Below are positions 20,816 through 30,555 of a stretch of DNA of 64,000 nt, piece by piece; position 1 is the first letter of the stretch; each line of letters opens with the position of its first letter. The stretch is from Candidatus Dormiibacterota bacterium (GTDB lineage: Bacteria; Chloroflexota; Dormibacteria; Aeolococcales; Aeolococcaceae). The DNA lies in NCBI GenBank assembly GCA_963709585.1, contig CAVPXI010000013.1:96001-160000 (forward strand), in the 5' to 3' direction. The position numbers were made by a program, and so were the translations under genes. The notes beneath the pieces are model-generated. The model was not told the DNA's origin and made no database searches. It worked only from the letters and a program-made list of their open reading frames with translations.

Positions 20816-20925
20816 CCGTCCGCGTGGCAGCACACCCCACCCCGATCGACCGCGTCGATCGGGTGGGTGCCAGTCGTCAATTCAAAAACCAAACGATCAC
20901 GACCCGATCACAAGGAAACATCCAA

Positions 20926-21654
20926 ATGACCACATCGCGAAAAACCGCGCTCGTTGTCGGAGTGCTGTTCATCCTCACCTTCATCACCTCGATCGCAGGA
21001 GAGCTCTCCTACGGCTCCGTCCTCAGCGATCCCCACTACATCACCAGTGCCGGCACCGACACCGGCGTGTTGGTGGGTGCGTTCTTCGAGATGTTCCTCA
21101 TCATCACTAATATCGGTTGCGCAGTGGTGTTGTTCCCGCTGCTCAAGCGTCAGAACGAGGCACTCGCCCTCGGCTACGTCACCGCTCGCCTCGTTGAGTG
21201 CACGTTCATCCTGGTCGGCATCCTGAGCGTCCTTGCGGTCGTCACACTGCGACAGCACGCCGGGAGCGCAGATGCGGGCTCACTCATCGTTGTCGGCAAG
21301 TCGCTGATCGCCATCAAGGCGTGGACACTGCTGCTCGGGCCCGGATTCGTCGACGGAATCGGGACTGGACTGATCCTGGGCTGGCTGATGTACCGGTCAG
21401 GGCTCGTGTCGCGCCGCATGGCGCTCTTCGGCGTCGTCGGTGGTCCACTGCTGGCCGCTTCAGGGATCGTTGTGCTGTTGGGCGTGATCCCACAACAATC
21501 GGCATTGCAGGGCATCGCGACCATCCCGGAGGTGATCTGGGAGGGGTTCTTGGGCTTGTGGCTCACCTTCAAGGGATTCAACGCGGTTGCTGTTGGTGCC
21601 GGCGAAACCACAGACGTCCGTCAAGCCGTAGTGATGGCTGCTGTTGATGCGTAG
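20926..21654 (+). CDS. DUF4386-like membrane protein
   Basis: 'TALVVGVLFILTFITSI', 'LALGYVTARLVE', 'LMYRSGLV', 'WEGFLGLWLTFKGF'. Confidence 0.8.
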   Translation: MTTSRKTALVVGVLFILTFITSIAGELSYGSVLSDPHYITSAGTDTGVLVGAFFEMFLIITNIGCAVVLFPLLKRQNEALALGYVTARLVECTFILVGILSVLAVVTLRQHAGSADAGSLIVVGKSLIAIKAWTLLLGPGFVDGIGTGLILGWLMYRSGLVSRRMALFGVVGGPLLAASGIVVLLGVIPQQSALQGIATIPEVIWEGFLGLWLTFKGFNAVAVGAGETTDVRQAVVMAAVDA

Positions 21655-21683
21655 TTCCTCGGAAAGGGCCAGACTGCGACGCC

Positions 21684-22958
21684 ATGGCCGAGGTCACCTT
21701 CGAACCGGCGGTGGCTTCGTTGCGCCGGGAGGTGCCCACGGCACGAGTGGGAGTCGGGTTCATCTCCCTCTTCACGTTGGCGTACATGAGCGCCAATCTC
21801 GTCTTCCAGGCGCCGATACTGGTAACCCTTCCCTTGAAGGTCAGCTCGCTTGTCGGAATCAAACAAGCTCCGGGGAGCCTGGCGCTTGTCGCAAGCATCG
21901 GCGCTTTCGTGGCCATCTTCGGGAATCCCTTCTTCGGGCGGATGAGTGACCGCACGACGTCACGACTGGGGATGCGAAGGCCATGGATGGTCATCGGCGT
22001 GGTCGGCGGCACCGCCGGCGTCGCCATCGTCTCCTTCGCACCCAGCATCCCGGTTGTTCTGCTCGGCTGGTGCATCGCGCAGCTGTTCTTCAACGCGATG
22101 CTGGCTTCGCTCGCGGCGGTGCTTCCCGATCAGATCCCGGTCGCGCAACGCGGCACGGTCTCCGGTGTGCTGGGCATCTGCCTGCCGATTGCGGCGGTGA
22201 GCGGCACGTACATCGTGAAGCTCTTCAGCGGACAACACATCGCCACATTCCTTGTCCCGTGTGCGACGGGGGGCTTCTTCATCCTGCTGTTCGCGGTCGT
22301 GTTGAATGACCGGCACCTTGCGAAGGCGGATAGGCCGACTTGGTCCATACGGGAATTCGCAAGTACCTTCTATGTGAAACCGCGGACCAGCCCTGACTTT
22401 GCCTGGGCTTTCGCCAGCCGCTTCATGTTCCTGATGGCCTACGCCCTGCTCGCGACGTACGAGGCCTACTATCTGCTGCAGAAGATCGGCACCGCCGTGG
22501 CCGACGTGCCGCAACAGATCTTTCTCGGCACGCTCGTGCAGGGGGCCGTCATCGTCGCCGCGTCGCTCATCGGTGGGCATCTCTCCGACCGGACGCGCCG
22601 GCGAAAGATCTTCGTGTTCACCGCTGCGATCGTCTATGGCCTGGCAATGTTCGCGCTGGCGATAGCCAGCAGCTTCAACGGGTTCCTCGTCGGCATGGCC
22701 ATCAGCGGACTCGGTTTCGGCGTGTTTGCGGCTGTCGATCTCGCGCTCGTCGTTGACGTGCTCCCGAATCCGGGTCACAACGGCAAGGATCTCGGCGTGT
22801 TCAACATCGCGGGCGCGCTCCCGTTCTCGCTGGCGCCGGCGTTGGCGCCGACGATCCTGGCGATCGGCGGCGGCAGCTATGGTGTGCTATACGCCGTTGC
22901 GGGCGTCTGCGCCATCCTCGCTGCTGTCGCGATCATGGGCGTGAAGGGTGTCCGCTGA
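21684..22958 (+). CDS. MFS transporter
   Basis: Motif A 'GRMSDRTTSRLGMRRPW' and 'GHLSDRTRRRK'; about 12 TM. Confidence 0.92.
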   Translation: MAEVTFEPAVASLRREVPTARVGVGFISLFTLAYMSANLVFQAPILVTLPLKVSSLVGIKQAPGSLALVASIGAFVAIFGNPFFGRMSDRTTSRLGMRRPWMVIGVVGGTAGVAIVSFAPSIPVVLLGWCIAQLFFNAMLASLAAVLPDQIPVAQRGTVSGVLGICLPIAAVSGTYIVKLFSGQHIATFLVPCATGGFFILLFAVVLNDRHLAKADRPTWSIREFASTFYVKPRTSPDFAWAFASRFMFLMAYALLATYEAYYLLQKIGTAVADVPQQIFLGTLVQGAVIVAASLIGGHLSDRTRRRKIFVFTAAIVYGLAMFALAIASSFNGFLVGMAISGLGFGVFAAVDLALVVDVLPNPGHNGKDLGVFNIAGALPFSLAPALAPTILAIGGGSYGVLYAVAGVCAILAAVAIMGVKGVR

Positions 22959-23489
22959 GCAGGGCCCGCCGTAGGTCGGCTCGCCCGCAAGGACTGAGTG
23001 CCATCGGAGCGACCAGCTTCGTGGCTTAGGGCGATGAGCAGCGGGTTCAGGCTCTATAGGTCCATATCGGTCCCGCTGCGAGGCCTGGATACAACCCAAC
23101 GGTCGGCCCGCTCGCTCGTCGCTCATCTCTATTGTCGTTGAGCACCCCGCTTACCGACGTAAGCATCGGCGCATAGTCTTGCCAGGAGTGGTCTGGTGAC
23201 AGCATGCCCGTGTGGCCGAGTACTACAGCGCGCCGATACCATGTCTGTCTCAATACAGAGCCGCGCCCGCACTGTCTCACCGCTGACGCTGGGCCTATGA
23301 GGGACTACAAAGGGCACCGTGGCTAAAAGGGAGGAATTCCCTAGTCGGTACCTTGAAGAAAACCGGGCAAGCCCGAACCACCTGAATGGGGCTCTGAACG
23401 CGAGTAAATCAGTGCGACAGCGTGGCCTCTGCTCTGCAAGCAGAGGCCACTGCGAACCGGGTGGTCAACACGGTGGACCGATCAGGCGG

Positions 23490-24230
23490 TCAACCCTGCC
23501 CGCCCTTGACTGACATGAAGCCGTTGATCGTTTCGATGTAGGCGGTCATGGTCGTCGTGCAGCCCGTGGTGCTCCGTGCCGTGGTGTATTCGGCGTTGAA
23601 CCGGTAGGTGCCGCTGCCGTCGAGCTGCGAGAGGCTGCCGGTGGCGACTGAAACGCTGAACGGCCCGGTCTGAGTGATGGTGCCGACGCAGGTCTTGGGG
23701 TCGAAACGGACGGTCGGCTGCCCAGTACTATGATCGATGCGGAAGGTGCTCCCGTCGATGACCGCGTTGTCGACGGCTCTACCCGGATGCTCGATCCCGC
23801 CTGCGTTGATCACTCCTGTCACGATGATGGCGCCGGGACCGGCTGGGTTGGTCGATGAGACATAGAAACGCTCGGTTGACCCGGAGGGGGCTGGACCCCA
23901 GCCGTGAGGTCCGAAGCCCGACCACGCGCTGCCTGCATCTGGGCTGCCCCATACGCTCCAGGGGTTTACGTCCGCCCCACCAGGTGTTGTCGACGGTGCA
24001 GTCGTCGTCAGTGCAGTGACCGAGGCCGTAGTCGAGGTGGCGGCCGCCGACGCGCCGATCACCGCCGCGAACGATGCGGCCGCCACAACACCCCCAGCGA
24101 TGACCGCCGCGACGACCCGAGACGATCTGCGCCAGAGGAAGAGGCCGATCACGGTGAGCCACAGGGTGCCGAAGACCAACGGAAAGATCCACCAGAAGGC
24201 AAAGCCGCCGCCGACCAAGTATCCGGGCAT
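23490..24230 (-). CDS. Hypothetical membrane-anchored/secreted protein
   Basis: GGAGG RBS; two N-terminal hydrophobic helices, Thr-rich linker, beta-rich C-terminal domain with two Cys. Confidence 0.62.
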   Translation of the reverse strand: MPGYLVGGGFAFWWIFPLVFGTLWLTVIGLFLWRRSSRVVAAVIAGGVVAAASFAAVIGASAAATSTTASVTALTTTAPSTTPGGADVNPWSVWGSPDAGSAWSGFGPHGWGPAPSGSTERFYVSSTNPAGPGAIIVTGVINAGGIEHPGRAVDNAVIDGSTFRIDHSTGQPTVRFDPKTCVGTITQTGPFSVSVATGSLSQLDGSGTYRFNAEYTTARSTTGCTTTMTAYIETINGFMSVKGGQG

Positions 24231-24322
24231 GTCGTGTTCCTCCGAGTCGTGTGTTGTATGCAACGGCACCATCGTCGGAGGCTCGCGGTACTCCTGTCGT
24301 CCGTCCGGAAGCGACACCTTCG

Positions 24323-24342
24323 GCTACGTCCGGCGGCGTAGC
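24323..24342. promoter_or_regulatory. Palindromic operator GCTACG-N8-CGTAGC
   Basis: Same palindrome and similar flank at 55422-55441. Confidence 0.5.
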
Positions 24343-24417
24343 TCAGTGACGACTTGCTTACGGCAGCGCTTGGCTCGCCGACACGTGCGCTCGTCCCTGA
24401 CAAGTCAGAGGAACCGC

Positions 24418-24447
24418 GATGTCCATTTCTCGATGTTCCCGTTCGTC
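24418..24447 (+). promoter_or_regulatory. Putative ECF42-type promoter (TGTC(C)A...CGTC)
   Basis: GATGTCCATTTC...CCCGTTCGTC, conserved in the second operon copy (61519-61547, minus). Confidence 0.5.
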
Positions 24448-24493
24448 TTAGGACTGAAGACCAACCGAACCGCCACTCACAAGGAGAGTCGCC

Positions 24494-24886
24494 ATGTCGT
24501 CGAATCAGGAAGCCACCGCCGTTGAGGTCGCTCGGGCTCACGTTGCCGCGTGGGGCAAGCACGACTACGAGGTCGCGCGCGCCGCGCTTGCAGCCGATGT
24601 CCACGTTTCGGTCTCGAGCGTCGATCCCGAGGCACCGAAGGTCGACACCACGGGGGTCCAGGACTACATGCAAGGTCTGATGCAGTTCGGTCATGCCGTG
24701 TTGCCGGGCACGACCACGGTGAACTCCGGGGTCGGCGATGAGACGCGGGCGCTGTTACACGTGACCTCGCGCGTGAAGTTCGGGCCAGATGCGCCAGAGA
24801 TGACGCTCCGGGGAGCGCGCCTCTATCGACTTGACGAGGATCAGAAGATCATCGACGAGCAGGTGGTGTTTTTCGTCACGCTGTAA
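24494..24886 (+). CDS. SnoaL/NTF2-like protein, copy 1
   Basis: 'VARAHVAAWGKHDYEVARAALAADV'; AAGGAG RBS; duplicated at 61080..61472. Confidence 0.85.
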   Translation: MSSNQEATAVEVARAHVAAWGKHDYEVARAALAADVHVSVSSVDPEAPKVDTTGVQDYMQGLMQFGHAVLPGTTTVNSGVGDETRALLHVTSRVKFGPDAPEMTLRGARLYRLDEDQKIIDEQVVFFVTL

Positions 24887-24975
24887 TCACGCGGCGGTAG
24901 CCGGGGGCCTCTTGAGGCCTCCGGTCGCTCGCGGTTGTTTGGCAGCAGCCAGCGAACAACTTGAAGGAGGACCCG

Positions 24976-25317
24976 ATGCGATATGCGATGTTGGTCTACG
25001 TCGACGAGAGGACAGACAGGAGCGAGGAGGCTGTCGAGAGCGAATACGCCGCGTTCATGGCGTTCCAGGACGAGATGGAAGCCCGTGGAGTTCTGGTCGC
25101 ACGCGAGCGTCTGCGCGAGGCGACGCTCTCGACGACGGTGAGGGTTCGAGACGACAGGCTCGTGGTCGCCGACGGTCCTTTTGCCGAGACCAAGGAGCAG
25201 ATCGCCGGCTTTTACGTCATCGAGGTCGCGGATCTCGACGAGGCGATCGAGATCGCTTCCCAGAATCCGGGCGCCCGCTCCGGCACGATCGAGGTCCGAC
25301 CAGTGTGGCAGCTCTAG
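24976..25317 (+). CDS. YciI/DGPF family protein, copy 1
   Basis: DGPFAETKEQIAGFY and IEVRP motifs; GGAGG RBS. Confidence 0.92.
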   Translation: MRYAMLVYVDERTDRSEEAVESEYAAFMAFQDEMEARGVLVARERLREATLSTTVRVRDDRLVVADGPFAETKEQIAGFYVIEVADLDEAIEIASQNPGARSGTIEVRPVWQL

Positions 25318-26562
25318 CCGATGCGCAGGCGGCGGTCGACGAGGCCTTCCGGGCCAACTGGGGTCGCGTCGTCGCCTACCTGATCCACGTTACTGGCGAT
25401 TGGGACCTGGCCGAGGAGTGCGCCCAGGATGCGTTCGAGCGGGCTATCGCTCGCTGGCCACGCGATGGGATTCCATCGAGTTCCTGCGGCCTGGTTGAAA
25501 ACGACTGCGCGAAATCGTGCACTGGACCGGATGCGGCGAGACACGGTGGGCGAAGCCAAGCTCAGGGAGGTTGCTGTGACGGGACCCGCAGCACGTCACG
25601 ACGACGACAACGACAGCGGGATTGACGACGATCGGCTTCGGTTGATGTTCACATGCTGTCACCCAGCGCTCCCGGTCGAGGCTCAGGTGGCGCTGACGCT
25701 TCGCACACTCGCGGGTTTGACGACACCCGAGATAGCACGCGCCTTCCTGCTCCCTCAGGAGACGATGGCGAAGCGGTTGACGCGCGCTAAGCGCAAGATT
25801 GTCGAGGCACGCATTCCATATCGCGTGCCGGATGCGCGCCATCTGCAGGAGCGGCTGCGCGCGGTGCTGGCAGTGATCTACGCGCTTTTCAACGAGGGCT
25901 ACGGCGCGAGCACCGGCGACGAGCTGATTCGCAAGGAACTCTGCTCGGAGGCGATCCGTCTGGGACGGTTGCTGGCGGAGCTTATGCCCGATGAGCCAGA
26001 GGCCCTTGGGTTGCTTAGCCTCCTGCTCCTTCAGGACTCGAGGCGCCAGGCACGCATCGACGGCGAGGGCGAGTTGGTGACGCTGGCGGACCAAGATCGC
26101 GCGCTCTGGGATCGAGCCGGGATCGACGAGGCGTGCATGCTCCTCGATCGAGCCATGCGGCATCGACGACCGGGGCCGTACCAGTTGCAGGCCGCGGTCG
26201 CAGCCTGCCATGCCCAGGCTCGGACCTCCGACGAGACGGACTGGCGGGAGATCGTGGTCCTCTATGACCGGCTGAGCGAGATTGCACCGACGCCGGTTGT
26301 GCTGCTCAACCGCGCCGTGGCTGTGGCGATGGCCGACGGGCCGGCGGTGGGACTCGCGCTGCTCGTCGAGCTGGAACAAGCGGAAGTCCTGTCCGGTTAC
26401 TACCTGCTGCCCGCGACGCGTGCCGATTTGCTCAGACGACTGACGCGCCACGCTGAGGCGCAGACGGCATATCGCGAAGCGCTTGCGCTGGCGCCGACCG
26501 ACGCCGAGAAGCGGTTTCTTCTTCGGCGCCTATCTGAGCTAGCCCCGCCGGGCGACCGATGA
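25305..26562 (+). CDS. ECF42-type RNA polymerase sigma factor with C-terminal TPR, copy 1; apparent extra base at 25478-25483
   Basis: 'DLAEECAQDAF', 'DDRLRLMFTCCHPAL', 'GPYQLQAA'; removing one T from GAGTTC restores 'DGIPSSPAAWL'. Confidence 0.88.
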
Positions 26563-26575
26563 CGGGGCCGGTTTG

Positions 26576-26720
26576 TCGGGGAGACAGGACTCGAACCTGC
26601 GACCCCTGGTCCCCCAGACCAGCACTTATTCGCGGATTCGGGTTGAGTTCGACTTACAGTGCTTTCGTCGGGAAATGGTTGGAATGACGACTAGACCGTG
26701 CGGATTGGAATCGCGTCGAC
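26576..26720 (-). repeat. P-family repeat P3: tRNA-Pro 3' half (26576-26622) + right arm, no left arm
   Basis: Perfect core including the full anticodon stem; starts 14 bp after the sigma-factor stop. Confidence 0.93.
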
Positions 26721-26828
26721 GTACCTCCGGGTAGAGCGACTCCTCGATGCTTTGGTTCGTGCTCAAAATCATCCAGTGCCCGCGTCCCTGCTAAGCGCAG
26801 GCGTAAAAAGCGCTTCGCGGGGCGAGGG

Positions 26829-27826
26829 TCACACCGCCTTGCTCGGGTTGGACGGATCGCGAACGTCGCTCAATGCATCCTCGTATCCTCCAGTGGCCCC
26901 TAAGCTTGACGCTCTGAGCCAGTTTCGAAGTTCGCCAACCGCGGCAATTGCGGTCTCGCCGTCGCCGGCGCACGGGATCACGTTGAAGACTGAGCATCCG
27001 GCCTCGATGTAAGGGCTCAGGAACTCCGCGACCTGCGCGGGGGTGCCGTAGGGCGAGTAGCGTTCGAAATTCTCGAATGGCGCCTGGTAAAAGGTCTGCA
27101 TCTGCGCGGCGAGTGGCTCGCGCGCGGCCTCACGCGTGTCGGCGAAGCCGCACCAGACGTTGAGCGCATGCTCGAACCCGCCCGAGTCTCTGCCGGCCTC
27201 CGATGCCTCCCGCGTGATGAGATCGCGCACCGTTGCGAACCTCCGTGAGGACACCCAGATGCCGAGCCACCCATCGCCGCGCCTGGCGGCACGGCTGACC
27301 GCCGCATCGGATCGTCCGCCGACGATAAGAGGTATCCGTGGCGACGGCGCGGGCACGATCAGGGCTTCATGGAGCGAGAAGAACTCACCGTCGAACGTCA
27401 CCGGCCTGCCCTCGGCGAGGTTGCGCAGGATCTGAAGGCATTCATCCATCCGGCGTCCACGCGTCTTCGGGTCCACCCCGCAGATCTCGACCTCGTGGCG
27501 ATCCTCGCCGCCGATCCCGATGCCGAGTGTCGAGCCGGCCAGGCGCGAGTTGCGCGAGAGTTCGCGAGCTGACGGGCGAGCGGAACCGGGTGGCGCAACG
27601 GCAGCAGGTAGAGCCCGACATACACGGGCAGGTCAGCCTGAGCACTGAGCAGCGATGTCGCTGTGATCAAGCCGTCCGAGCCTGCTCCGACAAAGAAGCT
27701 CACGTGATCGCCGACGCAGAGGTGGTCGACGCCTGCGTTGAGAGCGCGAGCAAGCGCCGTATCGAGCTCGGGACCGACCTTGATCGGTCCCGGTGAAGGG
27801 AAGCACCCGACGCGGACGCTAGCCAC
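26829..27826 (-). CDS. LLM-class flavin-dependent oxidoreductase (frameshifted near 27530 and 27560)
   Basis: 'GVDHLCVGDHV', 'LLPLRHPVPLARQ', 'IPLIVGGRSDAAVSRAARRGDGW'. Confidence 0.82.
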
Positions 27827-28190
27827 TGGGGGTCACCGCGATCGCGTCGATCGAGACCAACAGACCGCGGGGCAGTACTACGTTGGCCGGCGCCGAGCGC
27901 GCCGGTGGCGGATCCGGCATGTGCCGGTTGTATACCTCGTTGATCGTCGGGTAATCAGCCACATCGGTTTAGAAGATCGTGGTCTTCACCACGTCTGCCA
28001 TGGTTGCGCCCGCGGCGTCGAGAATCGCAGCCAGGTTGACCAGCGCCTGCTCAGTCTGCGCGGCGGCACCGTCGGGCACGGCCCCGGTTGACGGGTCGAT
28101 TCCCGCCGTCCCGGAGCAGAACACGAAGCCGCTGGCCACGATCGCCTGGCTATAAGGGCCGAGTGCCGCGGGGGCGCGTTCAGTCGTCAC
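27819..28190 (-). pseudogene. RidA/YjgF family protein with in-frame TAA at 27969-27971
   Basis: 'APAALGPYSQA...VVKTTIF*TDVADYPTINEVY...PPARSA...LPRGLLVSIDAIA' in one frame. Confidence 0.82.
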
Positions 28191-29421
28191 TGCTCGTCGA
28201 GTTCATCGATTCTCCTGTCCTCTGAGTCGAGCTTCGGACCACCGACTCGATCTGCTCTGTGGAGTACACGTCGTCGACCGGGATCATGCCGCCGAGCGCC
28301 CCGATAATCCGCGTCACTGTCTCGGGTCGTCGCGACGCAGCCTCGTAATAGCGTCGCAGGTGGGCTGGCAGGGGCTTGAGAGCCGCCGCGCTCAGGGTCA
28401 GGCGAAATCCGTTAGCTGTCGCGTCATCGCGGCGCCGCTGGTAATCGATGAGTGCCTCCTTCCACGGGCGAGCCCCGACCAGTGCCGAGTGGGCGGCGGC
28501 GGCCAGCATCTCCGCGGACGCGAACGCGTCCGACATGCCGAACCCGGTCGTCGGGTCCTTGTGATGACCCGCATCGCCGGCAAGCGCCCAACCGTTGCCG
28601 TAGGACTTGCGGTAAAAGTTCACGAGATCGCTCGCGCCTCGGAATCGCTCCTCGCGGCGTCCAGATGCGATCTCATCGTGCAGACCGGGGATCGCCTCGA
28701 GCGACTTCATGAAATTCCCCTCGATGTCGCGCCGGAACTCGGCGAACTCTGACTGGTGCCCGCCCACATAGACGCAGGTCAGGTCATCATTGGTCGGCCA
28801 GCGCAGAATCAGCCGGCCGGGGCGCATGTGATAGGTCGGCGACCTGGTAGGAACGCCGCTCCAATACGAGTAGTACACAAAGGTCAGTGGCGGCTCCAGC
28901 ACGTACGGCTCAGCGCCGGCCTCCGCGGCGATCACCGAATGGCGTCCATCCGCGCCCACAACGAGGCGAGCATCGATACGCCTGGCAGCACTGGACGATG
29001 GTTTGATATCGACACCGCAGGCGTGCCCATCAGACCACCTCAGCGATCGCACAGACGTGCGGTCGAAGAGTTCTACCCCCACCTCGAGAGCCGCACCAAC
29101 CAGCATGCTGTCGAGTACGGTCCGCCGAGGGCAGAAAGCTGCGCTCACTTCTCGAACCGACGGTACCTGGCCAGTGAGCGAAACTGAGCCGAAGTCAAAC
29201 GTCAGCGACGGGATCGGTTGGCAGCCACGTGATTGGAGGCGGTCGAGCAGCCCCCAGGACTCCAGCAGCGCGGCACCGTGCGGCCACAAAAAGTGGCTCG
29301 AGATGGTGTCGCTCGGGAACTCGGCTCTGTCGACCAGCGCGACGCGGTGACCGCGCCGCGCCAGGAGCATCGCGAGTGACGCTCCGGCGCAGCGCGCTCC
29401 CACGACGACGACGTCGTACAT
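28180..29421 (-). CDS. FAD-dependent oxidoreductase (geranylgeranyl-reductase/monooxygenase-like)
   Basis: 'YDVVVVGARCAG', 'VGADGRHS', 'LAGDAGHHKDP'. Confidence 0.9.
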   Translation of the reverse strand: MYDVVVVGARCAGASLAMLLARRGHRVALVDRAEFPSDTISSHFLWPHGAALLESWGLLDRLQSRGCQPIPSLTFDFGSVSLTGQVPSVREVSAAFCPRRTVLDSMLVGAALEVGVELFDRTSVRSLRWSDGHACGVDIKPSSSAARRIDARLVVGADGRHSVIAAEAGAEPYVLEPPLTFVYYSYWSGVPTRSPTYHMRPGRLILRWPTNDDLTCVYVGGHQSEFAEFRRDIEGNFMKSLEAIPGLHDEIASGRREERFRGASDLVNFYRKSYGNGWALAGDAGHHKDPTTGFGMSDAFASAEMLAAAAHSALVGARPWKEALIDYQRRRDDATANGFRLTLSAAALKPLPAHLRRYYEAASRRPETVTRIIGALGGMIPVDDVYSTEQIESVVRSSTQRTGESMNSTSSDD

Positions 29422-29446
29422 CGTCGGTCAGCCCAGGGCGGAGGGG

Positions 29447-29674
29447 TTAGCCGACGGGTTGACCAGCCGCGAGCGCCTTGACGTCGGCCGTCGTGAGGGG
29501 ATTGCCGGCGATTCCCCAGTCCCCACTTTTGACCTCCTCAACGATGACCCACGTCACCGGACGCAACGCCTCGCCCTCGATCTCCACCATCGTATCCGTG
29601 AGCCTGCGGACGATGTCGCGCTTCTGGCTCTCATTGAACACTCCCTCGATCAGCTTGACGTTCACCAAGGGCAT
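29447..29674 (-). CDS. 4-oxalocrotonate tautomerase family protein
   Basis: M-Pro1 'PLVNVKLIEG...WGIAG'; AAGGAGG RBS. Confidence 0.92.
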   Translation of the reverse strand: MPLVNVKLIEGVFNESQKRDIVRRLTDTMVEIEGEALRPVTWVIVEEVKSGDWGIAGNPLTTADVKALAAGQPVG

Positions 29675-29692
29675 CGTGGCCACCTCCTTGAA

Positions 29693-29750
29693 TAGCACGA
29701 CCGATCGGTCGTTTGTTGTGGTGAGGACCATAACACGACCGTTCGTGCTA
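29693..29750. promoter_or_regulatory. TetR operator pair in the divergent promoter
   Basis: Perfect palindrome ACGACCGATCGGTCGT (29697-29712) and related site ACGACCGTTCGTGCTA (29735-29750). Confidence 0.65.
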
Positions 29751-29762
29751 TACAAGTCCCTG

Positions 29763-30419
29763 ATGCCATTACAGACCACCCGCGGCCTCGCCACCAGGCA
29801 AGGAATCCTGGAGGCTGCGACGGCCATCGCGAGCGTGGAGGGTCTCGAGGGCCTGACGCTTGGTCAACTCGCCGCCGACCTCTCGATGAGCAAGAGCGGC
29901 CTCTTCGCCCACTTCGGCTCCAAGGAGGACCTGCAGCTGGCGACGATCGAACATGCCCGGCAGATCTATGTTGACCAGGTGATCCTTCCGGGCCTGGCCC
30001 ACGCGCCCGGTATCGCGACGCTCTACCAACTCTGTGATCGGTACCTCGCCCTCATGGAGCGGCGAGCCTTCCCCGGTGGGTGCTTCTTTGCCGCGGCGAT
30101 GGCGGAGTTCGACGCGCGGCCAGGTGTCGTACGCGACACGATCGCGATGTTGCAACGCCAGTGGCTGGACCTGCTCGAAGGGGCAGCCCGGGACGGAGTC
30201 CGCCTCGGCGAGCTGAATCGTGGCGTCGATTCGGTCCAGCTCGGCTTCGAGCTTGAAGCCGCGATGCTCTCCGCCAACTGGTACTTCCACCTCTACAGTG
30301 ATGCCCGGTTCTTCGCCCTATCCCGGGCCGCCGTACAACGCACGCTAAGAGCGGCGGCGACGTCGAAGGGTCGACGCACGCTCGAAGGTACGGAAGAGGC
30401 GGTCACGCAGGGCCGCTGA
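29763..30419 (+). CDS. TetR/AcrR family regulator
   Basis: 'GLEGLTLGQLAADLSMSKSGLFAHFGSKE'; 'FPGGCFF'. Confidence 0.92.
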   Translation: MPLQTTRGLATRQGILEAATAIASVEGLEGLTLGQLAADLSMSKSGLFAHFGSKEDLQLATIEHARQIYVDQVILPGLAHAPGIATLYQLCDRYLALMERRAFPGGCFFAAAMAEFDARPGVVRDTIAMLQRQWLDLLEGAARDGVRLGELNRGVDSVQLGFELEAAMLSANWYFHLYSDARFFALSRAAVQRTLRAAATSKGRRTLEGTEEAVTQGR

Positions 30420-30555
30420 GAGGGCGTTGCCAGTGTCCCCCTTGGTCTCCGGTCTCCCGGGGCCGAGGCCACACCGACGTTCGCAAACAAAGTCCGCGCG
30501 AGCCCTATGCGGGTCCGGTTGACGGCGCGAGGGCTTCGGCCGCAAGCTCCCAGCT

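Noticed and set aside
24332-24348. GGCGGCGTAGCTCAG as the 5' end of a tRNA (missing half of a split tRNA)
   Set aside because: No cloverleaf follows, it is not complementary to the CTCCCCG acceptor strand, and it is explained by the GCTACG-N8-CGTAGC palindrome.
25478-25483. Programmed frameshift shared by both ECF42 copies
   Set aside because: No slippery sequence, and the same GAGTC-to-GAGTTC change recurs in unrelated genes, favouring a systematic artefact.
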